A stretch of 64,000 nucleotides of DNA from Candidatus Parcubacteria bacterium (GCA_018669975.1 JABHSK010000007.1:64390-128389), one strand, 5' to 3'; counted from the first letter of the stretch, positions 28,055 through 37,071 are shown. Notes: a model not told the origin generated them from the sequence alone. Numbers and translations: made by a program.

Positions 28055-29863
28055 ATGCACTTTTCCCGAAGTAATAATTACCAGATATCTACTGTTAGAA
28101 TAAATATCCTGCAAGGGGGTATTTTTTTCTTGATGCTCTTAATGATTGGGCGTTTATTTTATGTGCAGATTATTCAAAATGATTATTATGCTGGATTAGG
28201 AGCGGAGCAACGTTCAGTTATTAAAAATATTCAACCAGAAAGAGGACGTATTTTTTCTTTAGTAGATAGTGCTAGCGCTATTGATGACTTGTATCCTTTA
28301 GCAGTTAATAAGGTTTATTATGAAATTGGTGTTGCACCTGCTAAAATTAGTCGTCCACAAAATGTGACGGATATCTTCGTCGAAGTATTGGAGCTAGAAG
28401 AGGAGGAGGTGCTAGCTAAAGTTAAAAAAGATTCTAGGCGTTACGAGGTTTTAGCTAGGGAGGCTCCTAGAGAAAAAGCTGAGCAGTTGCAGGTTAAACT
28501 AGAAGAACTTAGGTTTGATATTAATAAAGATAAGTCAGAGGAAGAACAAGTGCAGAGCCTGGAGGACATGGGAATAAGTTTTACCAAGAACATATTACGT
28601 TTTTATCCTGACAAAGAAATTGGTGCGCATATTTTGGGATTTTTAGGCTATGGCAATGATGGTTATTCTAGGGTTGGTAAATATGGCTTGGAAGGGTATT
28701 TCGAAAGTGATTTAGCTGGATATTTTGGACAGGTGATAGGTGAGGCAGATGTGGCTGGTCGTTTATTAGCTGACAATGATGGTAAACCAGTCCAAAACGG
28801 AGCAGATTTAGTATTAACCATTGATCGTACGGTTCAATACTCCACTTGTAAGGCTCTAGAAAAGGCTGTAGCTCGCTATGAGGCTGAAAGTGGTACAGTT
28901 ATTATCATGGACACTGAAACGGGCGCTATTCGAGCTATGTGTAATTATCCTAGTTTTGATCCTAATCAATATAATCAAGTAGAGACCGCAGAGGTCTTTA
29001 ATAATAATGCCGTTTATCATGTATATGAGCCAGGGTCAGTAATGAAGTCTATAGCCATGGCTATAGCAGTGGATCAGGGTAAAGTATCTCCGAGTACTAC
29101 TTATAATGATGAGGGTGAAATAAAATTTGCCGGAGGACAAGTGATCAGGAATGCCGGTAATAAAAAATATGGCTGGGTAGACATGAAGGAAGTACTGGCA
29201 GCTTCTATTAATACTGGTATCATTGAAGCCACCTCTGATATAAACAATAAGATTTTTGAGGACTACATGAAAAAGTTTGGTTTTGGTGAAAAGGTTGGTA
29301 TTAATATTAGCCAGGATAGTATGGGGGATATATCTTCTTTATCTAAAAAGGGGGATATATATAAAGCCACTGGATCCTATGGTCAAGGTTTGACGGTTAC
29401 TCCTTTACAGATGCTTAGTGCTATAAACGCCATAGCTAATCGTGGTAAACTGGTACAGCCTTATATGGTTAGTCAGATTATGTATAGTGATGAGATTATA
29501 GAGGACGTAGAACCCAAGGTGATCAGAGAGGTTATATCTAGTGGTTCGGCTGCACAGATATCAGCTATGATGGTGAATGTAGTTGATAGTGGACACGCCA
29601 GTAAGGCAGCTGTAGAGGGGTATTATGTGGCTGGCAAGACTGGTACTGCACAAGTTGCTAATCCAGAAACTGGTAAATATTTTGCAGATAAAACTATACA
29701 TAATTTTGTTGGTTTTGCACCAAATGAAAACCCTAAGTTTACTATGATTACTAAACTTGACTATCCTAGCGCAGCGCGCTATTCTGCCGATACTGCTGCT
29801 CCATTGTTTGGCGAGATAGCTAAATTTCTGTTAGAATATTATCAAATACCACCCAATAGATAA
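28055..29863 (+). CDS. ftsI: peptidoglycan D,D-transpeptidase FtsI (class B PBP)
   Basis: N-terminal TM; SxxK (SVMK), SxN (SINTG), KTG (GKTGTAQV) motifs. Confidence 0.9.
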   Translation: MHFSRSNNYQISTVRINILQGGIFFLMLLMIGRLFYVQIIQNDYYAGLGAEQRSVIKNIQPERGRIFSLVDSASAIDDLYPLAVNKVYYEIGVAPAKISRPQNVTDIFVEVLELEEEEVLAKVKKDSRRYEVLAREAPREKAEQLQVKLEELRFDINKDKSEEEQVQSLEDMGISFTKNILRFYPDKEIGAHILGFLGYGNDGYSRVGKYGLEGYFESDLAGYFGQVIGEADVAGRLLADNDGKPVQNGADLVLTIDRTVQYSTCKALEKAVARYEAESGTVIIMDTETGAIRAMCNYPSFDPNQYNQVETAEVFNNNAVYHVYEPGSVMKSIAMAIAVDQGKVSPSTTYNDEGEIKFAGGQVIRNAGNKKYGWVDMKEVLAASINTGIIEATSDINNKIFEDYMKKFGFGEKVGINISQDSMGDISSLSKKGDIYKATGSYGQGLTVTPLQMLSAINAIANRGKLVQPYMVSQIMYSDEIIEDVEPKVIREVISSGSAAQISAMMVNVVDSGHASKAAVEGYYVAGKTGTAQVANPETGKYFADKTIHNFVGFAPNENPKFTMITKLDYPSAARYSADTAAPLFGEIAKFLLEYYQIPPNR

Positions 29864-29874
29864 AAGTAAAGAAA

Positions 29875-31140
29875 ATGAAGAAAGTTCTACATTTTATATT
29901 AAAAATATTAGCTAAATTGGTGATTAGAAAATATCAACCAAAGGTTGTTGGTATTACGGGTAGTGTGGGAAAGACCTCTGCTAAAGAGGCTGTTTATTGT
30001 GTATTAAAAGATAATTTTAAGACACGTCGTAGTGTCAAAAATTATAATAATGAAATTGGCACACCATTGACTATTTTAGGTTGGAGTAACTCACCTGGTA
30101 AGAATTTATTTAGGTGGTTAGTTTTACTTGTGCGTTCCATAAAGTTAATTGTTCGTAAAGATACAAATTATCCGGAAGTCTTAATTTTAGAAATGGGAGC
30201 AGATCGTCCAGGAGACATCAAATATTTGATTTCTATTGCCAAGCCAAATATAGCAGTGATGACTGCCATTGGTCCTAGTCATATTGAGTATTTTGGTAGT
30301 CTTAAAAAAATTGTTAAAGAAAAAAGTAGCATTTTGAAAGATCTAAAGGATAAGGATTGGGCTATTATCAATCGAGATGATCCCGAGTTAAGTGGAGTAA
30401 TTGATGATATTAAAAATAATTTACTGACTTTTGGACAAAGAGAGGATAGTGATATTCATTTAATGGATGTGAAAATCACCAAGAGGGATGAAAAGTATGG
30501 CACTAGTTTTAAATTGAGAAATAAGGGTTCAGAGGTGCCAATGTTTTTACCAGCAGTGCTAGGTTGGCAACATGCTCAGGCAGCGGCCACTGCTTGTGCG
30601 GTAGGGGTAGCATTGGGGTTAAATATGGTAGAAATAAGCAAGAGCCTAAGTGAGTACGAACCAGCTCGTGGGCGTACTAATCTTATTTCAGGAGTAAAAT
30701 ATAGTCAGATTATTGATGATACCTATAATGCCTCACCGCAGTCTTCAAAAGTTGCTCTTAATATTTTGGCAGAGTTTCCTTCGGAGGGTAGAAAGATAGC
30801 AGTTTTTGGTGATATGTTGGAGCTAGGTGAAATGAGTGAAGAAGGGCATCGTGAAGTTGGCCGGGATCTAGTTAAGTTAGGAGTTGATTATTTATTTGTA
30901 ATAGGCGAAAGAGCTAGAGATATATCTAGAGCCGCTAAAGAATCTGGTATGCCAGAAGACAAAATTTTTCATTTCCCCTTTACTATGGAGGCAGGAGTAT
31001 TTTTGCAGGAAAGAATAAAGCCAGGTGATGTTATCCTGGTCAAGGGTTCTCGTGGTTCTAAAATGGAGCAAATGGTTTATGAAATTATGGCTAAGCCTTG
31101 GGAATCTAGAGAGTTATTAGTTGGACCAGTTATCAAATAA
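29875..31140 (+). CDS. murF: UDP-N-acetylmuramoyl-tripeptide--D-alanyl-D-alanine ligase MurF
   Basis: Mur ligase P-loop ITGSVGKTSAKE and MurF-typical NYNNEIGTPLTIL. Confidence 0.8.
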   Translation: MKKVLHFILKILAKLVIRKYQPKVVGITGSVGKTSAKEAVYCVLKDNFKTRRSVKNYNNEIGTPLTILGWSNSPGKNLFRWLVLLVRSIKLIVRKDTNYPEVLILEMGADRPGDIKYLISIAKPNIAVMTAIGPSHIEYFGSLKKIVKEKSSILKDLKDKDWAIINRDDPELSGVIDDIKNNLLTFGQREDSDIHLMDVKITKRDEKYGTSFKLRNKGSEVPMFLPAVLGWQHAQAAATACAVGVALGLNMVEISKSLSEYEPARGRTNLISGVKYSQIIDDTYNASPQSSKVALNILAEFPSEGRKIAVFGDMLELGEMSEEGHREVGRDLVKLGVDYLFVIGERARDISRAAKESGMPEDKIFHFPFTMEAGVFLQERIKPGDVILVKGSRGSKMEQMVYEIMAKPWESRELLVGPVIK

Positions 31141-31186
31141 GATTGACCTTTATCTGATTTTCTGTTAAAAATATACTTGTTTTTAT

Positions 31187-31261
31187 GGCCCCATCGTCTA
31201 GTGGCTAGGACGCCAGGTTCTCATCCTGGTAACCGGAGTTCGATTCTCCGTGGGGTCACCA
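31187..31261 (+). tRNA. tRNA-Glu (anticodon CUC), CCA encoded
   Basis: Cloverleaf: acceptor GGCCCCA/TGGGGTC, D-arm GTC-TAGTGGCTAG-GAC, anticodon arm CCAGG-TTCTCAT-CCTGG (anticodon CTC, U33, A37), T-arm CGGAG-TTCGATT-CTCCG, discriminator A, CCA. Confidence 0.8.
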
Positions 31262-31706
31262 CCACAAAAACACTTCTAATTTAGGGGTGATTTTTTGATA
31301 ATAAAAAAAGGCCCGTCAAAGCCTTTGTGTAGAATTAGGACTGATATGACGGGCTGGGTTTCGGGCATTTTGGGCACCCCTTTGGTCGTGAGTACACGAT
31401 TTTCAGGAATCTGTACCTTTCATGCACGGGCTGTTTCGAAACAACCCTATCGAACAGCACATATAGATTAGCATATATTGGTAATTTTGTCAATAGCTAT
31501 AGGGTTTTGGTAGTTAATTTGACATAAATAGTACATTATGTTATAAATAAAATACAATTAATAAATATTATGAATTTACACAGAATTGCCCAATTTAATA
31601 TGTACTGGTGTGATGTCACCAAGTCTAAATCAGGGAACCCAAAGCAACTGGGGCAATTTTTGTATGTTATGAAAAAGTAAGTATTTTTTGAATCGTGATA
31701 TAGAAA

Positions 31707-31732
31707 AACTGCCTCAGTCCGAGGCAGTTTTT
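31707..31732 (+). terminator. intrinsic terminator (CTGCCTC-agtcc-GAGGCAG + T6) upstream of GNAT gene
   Basis: 7-bp perfect inverted repeat + TTTTTT; implies a transcribed non-coding segment between tRNA and this point. Confidence 0.5.
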
Positions 31733-31762
31733 TGTTGGTTCTTTCAAAGAAAGAGGAGTGTC

Positions 31763-32335
31763 ATGAGTGATAGAGTGATTTTTCTCAAAGGTAAAAAGGT
31801 TATTATGCGGCCCATGAATCAGGAAACTGATATGGCTGATTTTCAGCGCTGGATCAATGATCCTGAAATCAGGCGGTTTTTGACCGGTTGCATGCCTATT
31901 TCTATGCAGCAGGAGGAAAAATGGTTTGATGCCTTGCCAGATCGTCATGGACATATTGCTTTAGCAATTGAGACCATCGAAGATGGTGTTTTGATTGGCA
32001 ATATGGCTTTGCATAATATTAATTGGATTTCTGGGACAGCAGTCACCGGTGCTTTGATTGGTAATATTGAGTATCAAGGCAGAGGGTATGGTACTGACGC
32101 CAAGATGACCTTGTTGAATTATGCCTTCAATACTTTGGGCTTGCGAAAGGTGTGCTCAGAAGTATTGGATTTTAATGGACGTAGCTTGCGTTACGCTGCT
32201 AAATGCGGGTATAAGGAAGAGGGTAGGTTGGTCCAACACAACTTGTTTAATGGAAAGTATTATGACAATGTTTTGTTGGCAGTTTTCAGAGAAGATTGGT
32301 TGCCTTTGTGGGAAAAATATCAGTTGCAAGATTAA
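31763..32335 (+). CDS. GNAT-family N-acetyltransferase (RimJ/RimL-like)
   Basis: GNAT fold motifs (IGNIEYQGRGYGTDA...LNYAF...L); strong SD AAGAGGAG 5 nt upstream of ATG 31763; elevated GC. Confidence 0.7.
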   Translation: MSDRVIFLKGKKVIMRPMNQETDMADFQRWINDPEIRRFLTGCMPISMQQEEKWFDALPDRHGHIALAIETIEDGVLIGNMALHNINWISGTAVTGALIGNIEYQGRGYGTDAKMTLLNYAFNTLGLRKVCSEVLDFNGRSLRYAAKCGYKEEGRLVQHNLFNGKYYDNVLLAVFREDWLPLWEKYQLQD

Positions 32336-32342
32336 GCTTGTT

Positions 32343-32376
32343 AGCCCTACGTCAGTTTGACGTGGGGCTTTATTTT
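32343..32376 (+). terminator. intrinsic terminator after GNAT gene
   Basis: AGCCCTACGTCA-gttt-GACGTGGGGCT + TTTATTTT. Confidence 0.6.
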
Positions 32377-32429
32377 AGTATAAGATAAATACAGCCAGCA
32401 CCAAGCCCTTTAAACCAGGAGGAAAATCC

Positions 32430-32609
32430 ATGGCCACTAAGAATAAAGGGCCTCGGAAGAGGTCTCCGTATGGTTTGGGCAAAAGACCGCCCAAAAGTTT
32501 CCGTAAATGGTTGAGAAGTTTATCCCGCTCAGAAATTCGTGAGCTTCGTGAAGAGATGTATTTGAGGAGACAAGAAAGGAGAGTTAAACTTGATAGCTAT
32601 GAACCATGA
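32430..32609 (+). CDS. 58-aa highly basic small protein (MATKNKGPRKRSPYGLGKRPPKSFRKWLRS...), not in ORF track
   Basis: ATG preceded by perfect SD AGGAGG (7-nt spacing); followed by strong terminator; K/R-rich (nucleic-acid-binding-like); manual translation. Confidence 0.45.
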   Translation: MATKNKGPRKRSPYGLGKRPPKSFRKWLRSLSRSEIRELREEMYLRRQERRVKLDSYEP

Positions 32610-32615
32610 TTCTCT

Positions 32616-32646
32616 ACCCTGTTAATTCAACAGGGTATTTTTTTTT
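32616..32646 (+). terminator. intrinsic terminator (ACCCTGTT-aattc-AACAGGGT + T10)
   Basis: 8-bp perfect inverted repeat followed by 10 T. Confidence 0.75.
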
Positions 32647-32648
32647 GC

Positions 32649-32715
32649 AAAAAAAAATCCGTCGGATGCCTAAGTTGGTTAACTGTTTGTATTGGCATTA
32701 TAAACATCCGACGGA
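32649..32715 (-). terminator. convergent terminator for minus-strand ORF (TCCGTCGGATG...CATCCGACGGA, T9 on minus strand)
   Basis: 11-bp inverted repeat with long loop; on minus strand followed by TTTTTTTTT. Confidence 0.4.
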
Positions 32716-32721
32716 CGCGTC

Positions 32722-33195
32722 CTAATTACTAGCTACAGTTTCTTCCTTTTTACGGGATTTTTGTTTGATAGGAGACGTCACTTGACGTCGGCTCTTGGTC
32801 GTTCCTGGTTGATCCACGGTAGCCGTGGTTTGACCACAAGATCCACTACCATTGACGCAGTGCTTGAGTTCCACCTTAATTTCGGCGAAATATTGATGCT
32901 TGAGCATCGCATTGGTCGGACTGGTGTAGAGTTGGTGAACGAGTTTTCGAGCCAGAATAAACTGATCGGGGTGATCTCTGAGGCGTCTCAGATCATTAAG
33001 AATGCTTGGCATGGAATGGTATACCAGGTTCAGGCATTTGTGATCTGCACTCCAAAGAGCGCGAATTACCTTGGCGATCGGAGCGATATCAGCTTGTGTG
33101 CGTGGGTATTTTTTTGCCCCCAGTAGACTGATCATGCCTCTCCAAATTGCGCTAGGTAACTGCCCCGTTGTGGGGTTTTGAGTTTCTCGTGCCAC
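32722..33195 (-). CDS. hypothetical protein, GC-rich (~50% GC), GTG start with GGGGGA RBS
   Basis: Longest ORF in a compositionally distinct segment; own RBS and terminator; no family recognised; overlapping + ORF 32761..33126 considered less likely. Confidence 0.4.
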   Translation of the reverse strand: MARETQNPTTGQLPSAIWRGMISLLGAKKYPRTQADIAPIAKVIRALWSADHKCLNLVYHSMPSILNDLRRLRDHPDQFILARKLVHQLYTSPTNAMLKHQYFAEIKVELKHCVNGSGSCGQTTATVDQPGTTKSRRQVTSPIKQKSRKKEETVASN

Positions 33196-33384
33196 GTTTC
33201 CCCCAGACTTAGTCTAGTTTTGTAATTTATGTTGACTGGTTAGAGTCAACGCTCCTCCTTGAGACAGTTTACAAACCACCCCCTTTCAATAGCTAGGTGT
33301 TATAAAGGACGCTTAATATAATTAATGAATAATATATTATAACACTGATTTAGTCAATATTTGTAAATATGCTATAATTAAAAC

Positions 33385-34122
33385 ATGAAAAAAGCTTTTA
33401 TTTTTGTAGTTTCTTTATTTTTGATGATACCTATTTGGTCACAAGCGCAGACTTTTGAGGATGCTGATCATGATGGTTTATCTAATATTGAAGAGATTGA
33501 GAGGTACCACACTGATCCATATAACGAAGATACAGATGGTGATGGTTATGTGGATAGTTTAGAGGTGTCTAATGGTTATTCTCCTAGGCATGGAGACTCT
33601 CAACGTTTGATTAGTGTGGATTCTGATAAGGATTACCTCAATGATGCTTGGGAATTAGTATTGGGTACAGGTCTGATGAATCCAGATTCAGATGGAGATT
33701 TGTATTTAGATGGCACAGAGGTTGCTGCTAGTTATGATCCTTTGAATGCTCAGCCAGTGAAATTAGACAAACTTATTAAAGTTAGCTTAGATGAACAGCG
33801 CTTAGAGTATTTTTTTGGTGGAAAGTTATTGGATTCATTTTTAATATCCAGTGGTTTAGATAGTATGCCAACGCCAGTAGGAGAGTTTAAAATATTAGAT
33901 AAAGTACCAGTCAAGCATTATGGTGGTGGTGATTATGATTATCCTAATACTAAATGGAATCTACATTTTACTACACAACGTTATAGATATTATATACACG
34001 GTGCCTATTGGCATGATAATTTTGGTGAACAGATGAGCCATGGCTGTGTTAATGTGGATTATGAACACATGGAGCCACTTTATTGGTGGTCTCAATATAA
34101 TACTAAAATTATTATTGAATAG
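33385..34122 (+). CDS. secreted L,D-transpeptidase (YkuD domain) with N-terminal thrombospondin-type-3-like Ca-binding repeats
   Basis: Signal peptide; repeats DADHDGLSNIEE / DTDGDGYVDSLE / DSDGDLYLDGTE; catalytic YIHGAYWHDNFGEQMSHGCVNV (LDT His...SHGC motif). Confidence 0.7.
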   Translation: MKKAFIFVVSLFLMIPIWSQAQTFEDADHDGLSNIEEIERYHTDPYNEDTDGDGYVDSLEVSNGYSPRHGDSQRLISVDSDKDYLNDAWELVLGTGLMNPDSDGDLYLDGTEVAASYDPLNAQPVKLDKLIKVSLDEQRLEYFFGGKLLDSFLISSGLDSMPTPVGEFKILDKVPVKHYGGGDYDYPNTKWNLHFTTQRYRYYIHGAYWHDNFGEQMSHGCVNVDYEHMEPLYWWSQYNTKIIIE

Positions 34123-34125
34123 AGC

Positions 34126-34437
34126 ATGAGATTTATTGTAGTATTTGTAACTTTATTTTTTTTAGCTAATATTCCTAATGTTTTAGCTGCTCCTGATTTT
34201 TCAGTAGAAACAGAACTTTGTAAGAGCACAGCGGGCATGGTTGATGTGGAATACAAGGTAGGCTTTAGATGTATCTGTCCAGAAAAATATAAGTGGTTTG
34301 ATGGCTTGGGTTGTTTGACTTCAAGTTCGGGTGTTGTTGATTATAGTAGTCATTATAATTTGATTGTATTATTAGCTGTAATTGGAATATTAATGTCAGT
34401 ATTCTTATACATATTTTTGATGTATAGAAAACAATAG
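34126..34437 (+). CDS. small Cys-containing secreted/membrane-anchored protein
   Basis: N-terminal signal peptide, C-terminal TM; no family recognised. Confidence 0.4.
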   Translation: MRFIVVFVTLFFLANIPNVLAAPDFSVETELCKSTAGMVDVEYKVGFRCICPEKYKWFDGLGCLTSSSGVVDYSSHYNLIVLLAVIGILMSVFLYIFLMYRKQ

Positions 34438-34464
34438 TTTAATTAATGATTAACAAATAAATAT

Positions 34465-34686
34465 ATGAAAAAATTATCATGTTCCGCTATGGGTGGTGGT
34501 GATAAATGTCAGGAGATTTTTGAGGGTGAAACAGCCGAAGAACTCCTGGAAAAGGCTACTAAGCATGTAATGGAGGCTCCAATTCATGAAGATTTAAGAC
34601 AAGAGATGGCTAGTCAAGATGAAGCAGGAAAAGCTAAATGGATGGAATCTTATAATAAGCTTTGGGAGGAGACTCTAGAAGTATAA
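34465..34686 (+). CDS. DUF1059-like small protein
   Basis: 73 aa with CxxxGxxC...ELLEKATKH...H pattern reminiscent of DUF1059. Confidence 0.4.
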   Translation: MKKLSCSAMGGGDKCQEIFEGETAEELLEKATKHVMEAPIHEDLRQEMASQDEAGKAKWMESYNKLWEETLEV

Positions 34687-34694
34687 AAAAATAT

Positions 34695-34730
34695 CCGCGT
34701 CCTGAGCGTAGTCGAGGGGCGCGGTTTTTT
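34695..34730. terminator. bidirectional intrinsic terminator between convergent genes
   Basis: CCGCGTCC...GGGCGCGG stem flanked by A-run and TTTTTT. Confidence 0.55.
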
Positions 34731-34740
34731 AATTAAAATT

Positions 34741-35049
34741 TTATTTTTTTTTACGGAAAGGCAATTCAGCTTGTTTGCCTAATAGCCCTAGGGTTATTTT
34801 TTTTCCCTTGGGCGTGAGTTTTATGTGTCTAATAAATAATTTATGTTGAGTTTTTTCTCCAAAGCCTACTAACAACCCTTTGTCAATTAGTCTTTCTATA
34901 CTTTTGGTAATAATATTAGCACGAATTTTTTTGGCTGGAGCTTTTTTAATATTACTATAAAATTTTTCCAGCACAACACGAGATATTTTAGCCCTATTGC
35001 TTTGCAAGGTTTGTTTGAGAATATATTTTTGTAGGCTGGATAATTTCAT
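34741..35049 (-). CDS. hypothetical basic protein (possible DNA-binding)
   Basis: ORF only; K/R-rich C-terminus. Confidence 0.4.
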   Translation of the reverse strand: MKLSSLQKYILKQTLQSNRAKISRVVLEKFYSNIKKAPAKKIRANIITKSIERLIDKGLLVGFGEKTQHKLFIRHIKLTPKGKKITLGLLGKQAELPFRKKK

Positions 35050-35050
35050 A

Positions 35051-35284
35051 TTATTTCATAACTATGGTTGGTTTTTTTAGTTTTTGACCAAAGTTTGATT
35101 TGTTCCACAGTCTCTCATGCAGATAATATAGAAACGCTTTTAGTATTTGCACCATAACTGCTTCTGTTAAACCAATACGCCAATCTTTATTGAGGATGGT
35201 TAAGATAGTAAAGGTGGTTATAAAAGCCAGGATAAACCAGGTTGTTGATTTTAGGAAACTACGAGAGTGATGTTCATGAAACAT
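35051..35284 (-). CDS. small membrane protein (DUF2061-like)
   Basis: Two predicted TM helices; 1-nt spacing to downstream gene. Confidence 0.35.
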   Translation of the reverse strand: MFHEHHSRSFLKSTTWFILAFITTFTILTILNKDWRIGLTEAVMVQILKAFLYYLHERLWNKSNFGQKLKKPTIVMK

Positions 35285-35375
35285 ATTTTTATTTTAGTAT
35301 TTTATGTTTATATTATTACACTATTTGCAGGATATGGCAAAATGATTTATAATTAATTCAGTTTACAATTTAATA

Positions 35376-35520
35376 AAAATTATCAAGAGTGCGGTGAGAG
35401 ATTTGGCTCGACGACCCGTCAGCAACCTGTCCTATTTTGGATAAGGTGCTAAGTCCAACCCTATGCAGGGAAAGATGGTGTATTTATCATTGACTTCCTT
35501 GCCGTGGAAGTTTTTTAATT
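35376..35520 (+). ncRNA. SAM-I (S-box) riboswitch with terminator expression platform, upstream of metK
   Basis: TATCAAGAGTGCGGTGAGAGATTTGGCTCGACGACCCGTCAGCAACC ... GGTGCTAAGTCC...GCAGGGAAAGATGGTG matches S-box consensus (yUAUCAAGAGnGGnGGAGGGAnnGGCCCnAUGAAnCCCnGCAACC...GGUGCUAAUUCCnGCAG...GAAAGAUGAG); terminator CTTCC-N8-GGAAG + T6 at 35494-35516. Confidence 0.85.
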
Positions 35521-35536
35521 ATTAAGTGTTAAGAAA

Positions 35537-36547
35537 ATGTTAAAAACAGCAGAAAATGTTAGCTTTGGTCACCCAGATAAGGTTTGTGATCAGATATCAG
35601 ATGCTATTTTAGATGAATGTCTAAAGCAGGACCCTCGTAGTCGAGTGGCAGTGGAGGCATTGGGTGGTCATGGTAAATTAAGTATTATGGGTGAGGTGAC
35701 TACCAATGCAAAGTTTGATGCCGCTGAGATTGCTAGGAAAATTTATCAGGAGATTGGTTACGAAGATAATCTAGACATTTTAGTAAACATTACTACCCAA
35801 AGTTCAGACATTGCTATGGGAGTAGATACTGGTGGCGCCGGTGACCAGGGTATTATGGTTGGTTATGCTTGTGATGAGACAGAAGAACTTTTACCATTAG
35901 AGCATGTGTTAGCAACTCGTTTAATTCGCAAATTGGAAGATGTGCGTTTAGCTGGTCAGTCTGAATTGGCTAAGTATCTTTTGCCAGACAGTAAAGCGCA
36001 AGTTACCTTAGATGGAAAGCAGGTAGACACAGTCGTTGTATCTACTCAACATCAGGATGATGTAGATTTTGACAAGTTGAAGAAGTTGGTTGAAGAAGAG
36101 GTTGTTAGACCAATTGTTCCTCAAGCTAATAATATTTATGTTAATCCAACTGGTCTTTTTGTTCAAGGTGGTTTTGAGGCAGATACTGGATTGACCGGGC
36201 GCAAGATTACAGCAGATAATTATGGTCCACAGGTTCCAGTAGGTGGAGGAGCGTTTTCTGGTAAAGATGCCACCAAGGTAGATAGATCAGCTGCTTACAT
36301 GGCACGTTATTTAGCTACTGAATATTTAAAGAAATATAATGCTAAAGAAGTAATTGTAAAATTAGCCTACGCCATTGGTAGACCGCAGCCAGTCATGGCT
36401 ACGGCTAATGTTGATGGGAAAAATGTAGAAATTAATGGTTATGATTTAAGTCCGGCTGGTATTATAGAAAAACTTAATTTAAGAAAACCACAATTTAGAG
36501 ACCGAGCTAGGTTTGGTTTCTTTTTGGACTTTGATATTGAGAATTAA
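35537..36547 (+). CDS. metK: S-adenosylmethionine synthetase, short form (336 aa)
   Basis: N-terminal SFGHPDKVCDQISDAILD (MetK GHPDK motif), GGGAFSGKD P-loop-like motif. Confidence 0.85.
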   Translation: MLKTAENVSFGHPDKVCDQISDAILDECLKQDPRSRVAVEALGGHGKLSIMGEVTTNAKFDAAEIARKIYQEIGYEDNLDILVNITTQSSDIAMGVDTGGAGDQGIMVGYACDETEELLPLEHVLATRLIRKLEDVRLAGQSELAKYLLPDSKAQVTLDGKQVDTVVVSTQHQDDVDFDKLKKLVEEEVVRPIVPQANNIYVNPTGLFVQGGFEADTGLTGRKITADNYGPQVPVGGGAFSGKDATKVDRSAAYMARYLATEYLKKYNAKEVIVKLAYAIGRPQPVMATANVDGKNVEINGYDLSPAGIIEKLNLRKPQFRDRARFGFFLDFDIEN

Positions 36548-36789
36548 GAGTTTGACCGCATTTGTGGGTTATGTAGTGAATAGGTGGGTCATCATTTATG
36601 GTGGCTCACTTATTTTTATTTTACACCTTAAACATTGTTATTTTAGGTGTTTTTTGTAAACAGGAAGTTGACATCTTTAATGAAGTGTGTATATCTAAAA
36701 CATGATTTATCCCTAATTTACTTAACAAAACTTAATAAATGTGTTATATTTCTAATTGATTTAATTAATAAATAATAAATATTAAATTT

Positions 36790-37071
36790 ATGGCAAAATT
36801 AACAAAATCTCAATTGCTTAATGTACTAGCTGAAAAGACTGGTATGAGCAAAAAAGAAGTCACCGCTTTTATGGAGACTTTTGCTGACTTAGCTTATAGC
36901 GAAGTCCAAGGAAGTGGAGAATTTGTCATCCCTGGTATTGGCAAATTAGTTAAAAAGGATAGAGCTGCTCGCATGGGTCGTAACCCAGCCACTGGCGAGA
37001 GCATTCACATTCCTGCTAAGACAGTTGTAAAATTCCGTGTAGCTAAAGCTGCTAAAGATGCTGTATTATAA
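36790..37071 (+). CDS. hup: DNA-binding protein HU
   Basis: MAKLTKSQLLNVLAEKTGMSKKEV...GRNPATGESIHIPAKTVVKFR classic HU/IHF fold. Confidence 0.9.
   Translation: MAKLTKSQLLNVLAEKTGMSKKEVTAFMETFADLAYSEVQGSGEFVIPGIGKLVKKDRAARMGRNPATGESIHIPAKTVVKFRVAKAAKDAVL

Noticed and set aside
32761-33126. 121-aa plus-strand ORF overlapping the minus-strand ORF 32722..33195
   Set aside because: Minus-strand frame is longer, has a GGGGGA RBS and a convergent terminator; only one of the two can be real and the minus frame is better supported (still low confidence).
31187-33300. Integrative element with integrase at the tRNA-Glu
   Set aside because: No tyrosine/serine recombinase-like ORF and no convincing direct repeat of the tRNA 3' end could be found by eye; only compositional evidence of foreign DNA, so reported as an islet rather than a mobile element.
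36548-36700. Terminator/promoter between metK and hup
   Set aside because: Inverted repeats near 36578-36606 are imperfect and the candidate -10 (TATATC) is weak; not confident enough to annotate.
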